Shown: piece after piece, positions 28,446 to 36,643 of the stretch
Numbering within the stretch: position 1 is the first letter of the stretch
Layout of the letters: the number at the start of each line of letters is the position of its first letter
NCBI GenBank assembly: GCA_963790205.1
Contig: CAWBNQ010000011.1
Location: forward strand, 134,066 to 198,065
Direction: 5' to 3'
Origin: Nitrospirota bacterium
GTDB taxonomy: Bacteria; Nitrospirota; UBA9217
DNA length: 64,000 nucleotides
The notes under the pieces: generated by a model
The model's database searches: none
What the model saw: only the letters and a program-made list of their open reading frames with translations
Told to the model about the DNA's origin: nothing
Translations under genes and position numbers: made by a program

Positions 28446-30906
28446 ATGGACGACCTCAAGACCATTCTCGACCGCATCAGGAAACCCCTTGCCTTCGCCA
28501 GCAGGGACGACTTCGCCCATCTCAAGAGCCTGGCCGATCCGGGACTCTTTATCAAAAAACAGATCGATGACCTGAAGCATGTCACGAAAGATAAAAATAT
28601 TGATAGTCTCCGTGAATTTGAAAATCTTTTTTCGGATTTTGACAGGCTTGCCCCGGAACTGAAAAAAGAACGGATCAGAAAAGCTTCGCAGATGCTGGAT
28701 GCGTTCGAGAACGCGCATTGGCAATCCACGCATCCAAGCGCATCACCTCCCCCGGAGCCTGCGCTAATACGATCGTCTCCTGAAAGTCCGCACCTTGCTT
28801 CCCTGAAACCCGACACCCCTATTCAGTATTGCAAGGGCATCGGCCCCAAGCGGGCGGGGCTGCTGAATAAAATCGGCATTGTTACGGTAGAAGACGCGCT
28901 CTTTTATCTCCCGTGGCGCTACGAGGACCGCGGTAATCTCATGAAGATCGGCAGGCTTAGCTATGGTTCTTATGAGACGGTGTCGGGTAAGGTGGTCTCT
29001 GCCGAGGTGGCGTCAGACCAAGAGGCAGCGGGTAAAGATCTTTGAACTTGTCATCGCCGACGGGAGCGGCATGCTTGTGGGCTCCTGGTTCAACCAGCCC
29101 TTCATGAAAAAAGCGTTCAAGCCGGGGCAGAAGGTCATCCTTTCAGGCATCGTGAAATCCAATCCGTACCGGGGCGGCCTCCCGCAGATCGACAATCCCG
29201 ATTATGAAATCATAGACGAAGACGATGCGGACAACCTGATCCATACGGGGAGGACCGTGCCGATCTACCGTACAACCGCCGGATTGTCGGTGCGCTATCT
29301 TCGGAGCATGATGAAGGCGATCCTCGATTCCTGCGGCGCTTCGGTACCCGAAGCCCTGCCGGACTATCTGAGAAAAAAATACGCCTTCCCCCGGGCAGCT
29401 GAGTCCCTTGCAGAGGTCCACTTTCCGGCAGAGGAGCAGGACATCGCCGTTCTCAACCGGGGCATGAGCCCGGCGCACCGAAGGCTGAGCTTCGAGGAGC
29501 TTTTTACGCTTGAACTTGGCCTTTCACTCAAAAAGCGCGGCGTAATGCTCGAGAAAAAAGGCATCTCCTTCAAGGACGTCGGCGTTCTCGAAGCCGAACT
29601 CAGGAAAAATCTTCCGTTTAAGTTGACCAATGCGCAGGAGCGGGTCATCTCGGAGATCAAGAATGACATGACCGCGGACCGGCCGATGAACCGTCTGGTG
29701 CAGGGGGACGTAGGATGCGGCAAGACCATTGTTGCCATGATCGCATCGCTCATGGCTGTGGAGAACGGGTACCAGGCTTGCATCATGGCGCCCACGGAGA
29801 TCCTCGCCGAGCAACATTATAAGAACATTTCAACTATGGCCCGCTCGCTCGGCGTCACCGTGAGGCCGCTGACGGGACGCATCAGGAAAAAAGAAAAGGA
29901 GGTATTGCTCTCCGAGATCGCTTCCGGGTCGGCGCAGATCGTGGTCGGCACACACGCGCTCATCGAAGGGACCGTGAAGTTCCATCGCCTGGGTCTCGCC
30001 GTCATCGACGAGCAGCACCGGTTCGGCGTGATGCAGCGCTCGACGCTTACTTCCAAGGGATACGAACCCGACGTGCTCGTCATGACCGCGACCCCGATCC
30101 CGCGCACCCTGGCGCTCACGGTCTACGGCGACCTCGACGTTTCCGTGATCGACGAGATGCCGCCCGGCAGGAGCCCGGTCGTCACCAAACTCTATTTCGA
30201 GTCCCGTCGCGGGGAAGCATACCGGTTTATCGAAAGCGAGCTCAGGAAAGACCGGCAGGTGTACGTGGTCTATCCCCTGGTGGAAGAAACGGAGAAAAGC
30301 GACCTCAAGGCCGCGACCGAGATGGCGGCCCATCTGCAGAAAGATGTCTTCCCGAACTGGAAGATCGGGTTGCTGCACGGCAGGATGAAAGGGGACGAGA
30401 AAAAAGCAGTCATGATCTCCTTTAAGGCCGGAGAAATACATATTCTGGTATCGACCACGGTCGTCGAGGTCGGGGTGGACGTGCCGAACGCTGCGGTCAT
30501 GGTGATCGAACATCCTGAGCGGTTCGGCCTTGCCCAGCTTCATCAGCTCCGCGGAAGGGTCGGCAGGGGGAAGCACCAGTCGTACTGCATTCTCATGGGG
30601 CCGCGTATGTTCGCCGAAGAGGCGAGAGAGCGGCTCAATGCCTTCGCGCGCACGAACGACGGCTTCAGGATCGCCGAGGAAGACCTGAGGCTTCGCGGCC
30701 CGGGAGAGTTCTTCGGCACGCGTCAGTCGGGCCTGCCGGATCTGCGCGCGGCAAACATTATCCGTGACGCGGACCTGCTCGAACAAGCGCGTACGGAGGC
30801 CTTTAAACTTGTCCAGGAAGATCCCGCGCTTGCACAGTATCCGCGGCTTCGTGAGGCCCTCCGGAGAAAGTGGCAGGGGAAGCTTGGGCTCATCAACGTA
30901 GGTTGA
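28446..30906 (+). CDS. recG: ATP-dependent DNA helicase RecG; one frameshift near 29010
   Basis: KGIGPKRA...YLPWRYEDR in the first ORF; QGDVGCGKT, DEQHRFGV, MTATPIPRTL, QLHQLRGRVGRG, RGPGEFFGTRQSG in the second. Confidence 0.93.
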
Positions 30907-31050
30907 TATTTTTATGGTATTCTGATACAGTAAAACAAGTCCAAAGAAAGACGGAAGGCGTCAATCGTGTAGCGGAAGGGGTTCAACTCTGTTATCCCTC
31001 CCCTTACGACCGACCCCTTACCTCTCTTGGGTTTATCAGGGGTTAACGGA

Positions 31051-31416
31051 ATGACTATCTGGGAAAAAGCGGTCCTCAATATGCAAAGAGGAGCACAAAG
31101 ACTTTCCGCCGCCGCAGTAATTATTTCAGAGAGGCTGAAGGCCGAGATAACGATCGCGCGCCTGCGGATCAGGCTTGACGAGGTCAAGTCCCAAATCGAT
31201 GAACGATACCGGATCATCGGCCGCAGGGTCGTTAACCTTGCGAATGGGGATGCGTTACCAAAGACTTCAGAGCAGCTTGTTAAAGACGAGGAGATCGCAG
31301 CAGCAATAACCGAGATCGAGGCCCGTAAAAAAGAGAGGGAAGACCTGCACGACGAAATAGCGAACGAACAGGCGGCGTTTAAACCTTCGACAAAACATGA
31401 GGGGTCACCGCTATGA
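31051..31416 (+). CDS. Hypothetical coiled-coil protein
   Basis: 121-aa helical ORF coupled (ATGA) to pilD. Confidence 0.7.
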   Translation: MTIWEKAVLNMQRGAQRLSAAAVIISERLKAEITIARLRIRLDEVKSQIDERYRIIGRRVVNLANGDALPKTSEQLVKDEEIAAAITEIEARKKEREDLHDEIANEQAAFKPSTKHEGSPL

Positions 31417-32240
31417 TCTACGCCATCGCCCTCGTTTTCGGCCTCCTCGTCGGCAGTTTTCTCAATGTCTGCATCGTACGGCTGCCGAAGGGCCGCTCGA
31501 TCATCAGCCCTCCCTCGCACTGTCCCCGGTGCAAAGAGAGTATCAAATTCTACGATAATATTCCCGTCATCAGCTTTCTGCTGCTTCGCGGCAAGTGCCG
31601 GAAATGCGGCGAACCTATCTCCTGGCGCTATCCGCTCGTGGAGCTCATGAACGGTCTTTTCTATGTCTGGATCGTCCGGGACTTCTGGCTCGGCGGAGAG
31701 TCGTTCCTGCTGATGGCCTTCTGCTCATCGCTCATCGTCATCACCTTTATCGATTTCGATTTTATGATCATCCCCGATACCATCACCCTGCCGGGGATAC
31801 TTCTTGGTGTGACGATCGGCCCCTTCTACATGTCGGCCTTGAATGAGCCGCTCCCGTTCCAGCTCGGCCGCTTCATGCCCCACGCATGGCCCTACCTCAT
31901 CAGCTTTCTGAATTCCGTCATCGGCATGTTCTGCGGGGCTTTGCCGCTCCTCGCGATCGGATGGATATGGGAGAAACTTAGGCACGAAGAAGGCATGGGT
32001 GGCGGAGATGTGAAGCTCATGGGCATGATTGGGGCGTTTCTCGGATGGAAAGGGGCGTTTTTGACGATCTTTCTCGGCGCCATCGTCGGCTCGGTTGTCG
32101 GAATTACGCTCAGAATGCTGAAACTCGTCAAAAGGGGTCAACTGATCCCCTTCGGTCCTTTTCTTGCCTTGGGCGCGGTAGTGATGGCGTTTTATGGCCC
32201 CGATATCATCGCATGGTATCTGGGCCTGATGCGCATATGA
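31413..32240 (+). CDS. pilD: Prepilin peptidase (A24)
   Basis: GSFLNVCIVRLP, SHCPRC, GKCRKC, MGGGDVKL, IPFGPFL. Confidence 0.93.
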   Translation: MIYAIALVFGLLVGSFLNVCIVRLPKGRSIISPPSHCPRCKESIKFYDNIPVISFLLLRGKCRKCGEPISWRYPLVELMNGLFYVWIVRDFWLGGESFLLMAFCSSLIVITFIDFDFMIIPDTITLPGILLGVTIGPFYMSALNEPLPFQLGRFMPHAWPYLISFLNSVIGMFCGALPLLAIGWIWEKLRHEEGMGGGDVKLMGMIGAFLGWKGAFLTIFLGAIVGSVVGITLRMLKLVKRGQLIPFGPFLALGAVVMAFYGPDIIAWYLGLMRI

Positions 32241-33499
32241 CCATGCATCCTTTTTCCATACTGGTCCTCGGTTTCCTTATCATTTTGTTCGGGTCTGCCC
32301 TGCTTTGGGGCATGGCGCGGCGCTACCGACGCGAGCTCGGCATCCACAAGGAAGAGCGGGAAAAGACCCCGGACACGGCCTTCATCATCAATGCTTTTCA
32401 TGATGTAACGAAACAACTTAAGGAAAAAGAAAAAGAGCTCCAGAGGCTCAAATCACTCGCGGAGCAGCGCGCGGAGAACTTCGAGAGCTATAACGAAAAC
32501 ATCCTTCAGTGCGTCACGAGCGGGGTGATGACCTTTGACAGGAACTGTTCACTGACAACGATCAACCGCGCTGCCGAAGAGATACTCGCCCTGCACCGTG
32601 AGCAGGCTGTCGGCAAGGGCTGCCGCGAGCTGTTCGACGACGGCGACATAACCCGGGCATTACAGGAAACCATGGAAAGAAAGGCGCCGTCAGCAAGGAT
32701 GGAGGCGATGCTCGACCGTCCGGCAGGAAAGATCTGGCTCGGGTTCAACACCGCGGTACTGACCGATCGGCAGGGAGAGGCGCTCGGCGTCATCCTCTCC
32801 TTTTCCGACCTGACCGAGGTCAAACGCCTGCAGGAACAGATCGAACTGCGGGAGCGACTGATCGCGCTCGGCGAGATGTCGGCGGGCATCGCCCATGAAC
32901 TCCGAAACCCCATGGCCGTGATCAGCGGTTATCTCAGTCTGCTGGCAAAGAAGATCGATACTGCCGGTCAGATAATCATCCACGACATCACGGGCGAGAT
33001 CAACGGCATGAACCGGATCATCGGCGATCTTTTGACCTTCGCGCGGCCCGCATCGCTGAACCGTGTCAAGGTCAATATCAGGGAAATGATCGAGACCTGC
33101 GTCGCGAACGTGCTTCAGGCCACAGCCTCCGATTCACGCGTCAAGGCCGTCATGCATGTCGATGATATCACGATCTCCGTCGACGAGGTGCTCATGCGGC
33201 AGGCCTTCACCAACCTGTTCCAGAATGCTGTCGAGGCCATGCCCGAAGCCGGCACCCTTACCATCGAGGCCCTCAGGGACCGGGACTTGAAGATCGTGAT
33301 CCGCGACACCGGCATGGGCATTCCTTCCGCACAGCTCAAGAAGATATTCCTTCCCTTTTTCACGACCAAGGACCGGGGAGTGGGTCTCGGCCTTGCGCTC
33401 GTGCATAAGATCATCCTGTCCCATGGCGGAGGGGTTGAAGCGGAAAGCAGGAAGGGTGAAGGAACCACGTTTACGGTAACGCTCCCGGCGAGGTACTGA
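32237..33499 (+). CDS. PAS-domain sensor histidine kinase
   Basis: N-terminal TM helix, PAS, AHELRNP, NLFQNA, DTGMG, FFTTK, GLGL. Confidence 0.9.
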   Translation: MTMHPFSILVLGFLIILFGSALLWGMARRYRRELGIHKEEREKTPDTAFIINAFHDVTKQLKEKEKELQRLKSLAEQRAENFESYNENILQCVTSGVMTFDRNCSLTTINRAAEEILALHREQAVGKGCRELFDDGDITRALQETMERKAPSARMEAMLDRPAGKIWLGFNTAVLTDRQGEALGVILSFSDLTEVKRLQEQIELRERLIALGEMSAGIAHELRNPMAVISGYLSLLAKKIDTAGQIIIHDITGEINGMNRIIGDLLTFARPASLNRVKVNIREMIETCVANVLQATASDSRVKAVMHVDDITISVDEVLMRQAFTNLFQNAVEAMPEAGTLTIEALRDRDLKIVIRDTGMGIPSAQLKKIFLPFFTTKDRGVGLGLALVHKIILSHGGGVEAESRKGEGTTFTVTLPARY

Positions 33500-33503
33500 A
33501 TGC

Positions 33504-34886
33504 ATGGCTGATATCATACTCGTTATCGAAGACAAGGAAAGCATGCTCGACATGCTCAAACAGACCCTCGAGGCTGAAGGCTACCGGGTGCTCCCCGCCA
33601 GGGACGGGTCCGAAGGGATCAGAAAGCTCGCTGACGAGCGGATCGGGTTGGTGCTCACGGACCTCAAGCTCCCGAAGAAAGACGGTTTCGAGGTGCTCAA
33701 GGCCGTGAAAGAGGACAGCCCGCTCCTGCCGGTCATCGTCATGACCGCTTTCGGCACGATCGAGACCGCGGTCAAGGCCGTAAAACAGGGGGCTTACGAT
33801 TTTCTCACCAAGCCCTTCGACACGGACCACCTGCTCGTGCTTATCAAGCGGGCGCTGGATGCCACGCGCATTGCCGCGGAAAATATTCTGTTGAAGGAAG
33901 AATTCGCGGACAGGCTCGGCCTGCCGAAGATCATCGGCAAGAGCATCCCGCTGCAGGAGATCACCGCAAAGACGCAGAAGGTCGCCCCCACGAACGCCAC
34001 GGTCATGATCCACGGCGAAAGCGGCACGGGCAAGGAGCTCTTCGCGCGCGCCATCCATTATCTGAGTCAGCGCAAGGACGGGCCTTTTGTGGCGATCAAC
34101 TCCGCCGCCATCCCGCGGGAACTGCTCGAGAGCGAGCTCTTCGGATACGAGCGCGGCGCCTTTACCGGCGCGGACGCGCGGAAGCTCGGGAAGCTTGAAC
34201 TGGCGGACAAAGGCACGGTGTTCCTGGACGAGATCGGCGACATGGACCTGGCGCTCCAGGCCAAACTGCTCCGCGTGCTCCAAGAGCAGGTGATCGAGCG
34301 CGTGGGCGGCGGCAAACCCATCAAGATCGATGTCCGCGTCGTGGCAGCGACGAACAAGGACATCGAAAAGGCCGTGGCCGCCAAACTGTTCCGCGAGGAC
34401 CTGTTCTACCGGTTGAATGTGTTCCCCATCACCATACCGCCGCTCCGGGAACGGCGCGACGATATCCCGCCGCTGGCGCAGCATTTTCTGAACAAGTATT
34501 CCGCCGAAGTGCGGAAAGGGCCGCTCACCATCTCGGATGAAGCCATGGACATTCTTATGAAATCGCCCTGGAAAGGCAATATCCGGGAACTCGAGAACGT
34601 GGTCGAGCGGGCGGTGATCTACGCCGAAGGCAGCGTGATCCGCGCCCAGGACCTCGGTATCAGCGAATCGAGCATCCTCGACGCCCTTGCCGAGCACGTG
34701 CCCATGGATGGACCGCTCCAGGAAATCGCCGCCGCCGCAACGCGTATCGCCGAATCCCGCAGGATCAAACAAGTCCTGAAGCAGACCGGCAATAACAAGA
34801 CACGGGCCGCGGATATCCTCCAGGTAAGCTACAAGACGCTCCTCACGAAGATCAAGGATTATCAGCTGGAGGAGAAGGGGGAGTGA
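33504..34886 (+). CDS. sigma54-dependent response regulator (NtrC/PilR-like)
   Basis: Receiver domain, GESGTGKE, GAFTGA, C-terminal Fis-type HTH. Confidence 0.93.
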   Translation: MADIILVIEDKESMLDMLKQTLEAEGYRVLPARDGSEGIRKLADERIGLVLTDLKLPKKDGFEVLKAVKEDSPLLPVIVMTAFGTIETAVKAVKQGAYDFLTKPFDTDHLLVLIKRALDATRIAAENILLKEEFADRLGLPKIIGKSIPLQEITAKTQKVAPTNATVMIHGESGTGKELFARAIHYLSQRKDGPFVAINSAAIPRELLESELFGYERGAFTGADARKLGKLELADKGTVFLDEIGDMDLALQAKLLRVLQEQVIERVGGGKPIKIDVRVVAATNKDIEKAVAAKLFREDLFYRLNVFPITIPPLRERRDDIPPLAQHFLNKYSAEVRKGPLTISDEAMDILMKSPWKGNIRELENVVERAVIYAEGSVIRAQDLGISESSILDALAEHVPMDGPLQEIAAAATRIAESRRIKQVLKQTGNNKTRAADILQVSYKTLLTKIKDYQLEEKGE

Positions 34887-35041
34887 TTGAAATTTTGCAC
34901 CTGGTATGAACGGTGCGAACCTTGTAATGTGCGGATTATCAAGCTGTGAGAAATATTTTACAAGCAGTTTGGCCTCTGATATACTCGTGAAAATTTTATA
35001 ATAATTAATATATTGACCTGAGTTCATGAGAATGTAAAATT

Positions 35042-35246
35042 ATGGCGGTTCCTGATTTCCAGTCATTCTTCAAGCTTCCTGGACGTTGCAGCGGACGCCA
35101 GAGAGCACTCCATGAAAGAGGCGAGGGAAATCATTGCCAGGCGCATGAATATTGCCGAGGCTGATCTTCGCGAGTTGCTTCCGAGCCGGACGCAGACGAA
35201 ATACGACAACCGAATTGCTGGGCGAAGAGTTATTTGGTCCAAGCGG
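35042..35246 (+). pseudogene. mrr: Mrr restriction protein, N-terminal fragment (frameshifted)
   Basis: Across frames: MAVPDFQSFFK..LDVAADAREHSMKEAREIIARRMNIAEADLRELLPSRTQTKYDNRI.WAKSYLVQA, the Mrr_N pattern. Confidence 0.8.
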
Positions 35247-35321
35247 ATGTTTTTGATTTGGGAAACAAAGAGAGTATAATTACGCAAGATTGAAAGTTGT
35301 CATTCCTGAAAGGAAAACCGT

Positions 35322-35555
35322 ATGAGAAAAGTTGCCCTTCCATTGGCACGACTATCATTCTCTCAAAAGCTGGATTTAATGGAGACCCTCTGGGCGGACC
35401 TGTCAAAGGACGAGAAAAAACTGGAGTCCCCGGCCTGGCATGGCGCCGTTCTCAAGGAGCGAGGAACCGCCTATGCGGCCGGCAAGCTCGCAGCGTCGGA
35501 CTGGGAACAAGCTAAGAAACGAATTAAATGGCATAACCAAGCAATGGCTGATTGA
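35322..35555 (+). CDS. Putative addiction module component (antitoxin-like)
   Basis: LSFSQKLDLMETLWADL...SPAWH..VLKER...DWEQAKKRI. Confidence 0.8.
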   Translation: MRKVALPLARLSFSQKLDLMETLWADLSKDEKKLESPAWHGAVLKERGTAYAAGKLAASDWEQAKKRIKWHNQAMAD

Positions 35556-35573
35556 TATGCCGGAGAAGATACG

Positions 35574-35891
35574 ATGATAGACCAGACACTTATTGCGAAA
35601 GCCACGAAACTTCTTCTCGATGCCGCACATCCGAACAAAATCATCCTGTTCGGGTCATACGGTCGGGGTGATGCAGTCGCGGAAAGTGATGTCGATCTCC
35701 TGGTGGTGGAAACCGATGTGCAGGACCGCGTCGCGGAAATGACGCGATTGAATCGAGTGCTCAGTCCGCTGCGCATGTCGATCGACTTGCTGGTCGTGAG
35801 CCAGGAGACGTTCGACTACTGGGCAAGCACTCCGGGAAACGTCTATTTTCAGGCAATCCAGGAAGGGAAGGTCCTGTATGAGGCAGCATGA
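35574..35891 (+). CDS. Minimal nucleotidyltransferase (MNT) antitoxin
   Basis: LFGSYGRGDAVAESDVDLLVV (GS-x10-DxD). Confidence 0.9.
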   Translation: MIDQTLIAKATKLLLDAAHPNKIILFGSYGRGDAVAESDVDLLVVETDVQDRVAEMTRLNRVLSPLRMSIDLLVVSQETFDYWASTPGNVYFQAIQEGKVLYEAA

Positions 35892-36267
35892 ACAAGCCCT
35901 CCTCTTGTTGAAAAAAGCCGAAGAAGATATCACGCTCCTCTCGGAGGTTATCGCCTCGGAAAGGATCAGCAATGAAATATTCGGGTTTCATGCTCAACAA
36001 GCAGCGGAAAAATGTCTCAAGGCAATACTCTCGGAGTTGGACGTTCGCTTCGCGCGGACGCACAACCTGCGGCTGCTGATGGACCTTCTTGCCGATGCCG
36101 GCCATCCTCTTCCGTCCTCTCTCACCGATCTCGATCTTCTGACTCCCTACGGAACGTTGTTCCGGTACGAAGACATCCCCGCTCAAGTCGACCTTGACCG
36201 CAAAGAGATCTTTGAAATGATATCGGTTTTGCGATCACTTGTTGAAAAGAAACTTAGCGCTCGTTGA
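35878..36267 (+). CDS. HEPN domain protein (MNT-HEPN pair)
   Basis: GFHAQQAAEKCLKA, RTHNL, LTPY..FRY; overlaps the MNT stop. Confidence 0.88.
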   Translation: MRQHEQALLLLKKAEEDITLLSEVIASERISNEIFGFHAQQAAEKCLKAILSELDVRFARTHNLRLLMDLLADAGHPLPSSLTDLDLLTPYGTLFRYEDIPAQVDLDRKEIFEMISVLRSLVEKKLSAR

Positions 36268-36523
36268 AAGCACTGTGGGCCGCCCAGAAATTCAGAAATT
36301 TGTTGGGGCGCTTCATGGGAAAAGAGCAAAGAAGGGCGTCTTCATCACAACAGGAAGGTTTTCCGAGGATGCCGTGAAGTACGTCGAGAGCATCGATCCC
36401 AAGGTGATCCTGATCGATGGACAAGCGCTTGCGGAACTGATGATCGATTATGGATTGGGGACGACTTCCACGGCGATGTATGAGATAAGAAGGGTGGATT
36501 CGGATTACTTTGCGGAAGAATGA
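36266..36523 (+). pseudogene. mrr: Mrr restriction protein, C-terminal fragment
   Basis: STVGRPEIQKFVGALHGKRAKKGVFITTGRFS...LIDGQALAELMIDYGLG...DSDYF; the preceding catalytic QAK motif is missing. Confidence 0.85.
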
Positions 36524-36643
36524 TTTGCACGCCCACGAGTAGAGTCAAATGAGAATATCGTAATGTAGTGGCTTTTGGGGAAAGCACAAAAAATTGGCAG
36601 AGCCCCGAAGTTCTTACTGGACTTAATAAATAGGAGGCGACGC

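Noticed and set aside
29000..29045. Programmed frameshift in recG
   Set aside because: No slippery heptamer is visible, and similar indels in unrelated genes point to sequencing error.
33471..35027. Long antisense ORFs (also 57468-58718, 24958-26709, 19491-20648, 52100-53206)
   Set aside because: They are shadows of GC-rich sense genes that carry clear family motifs, and have no motifs of their own.
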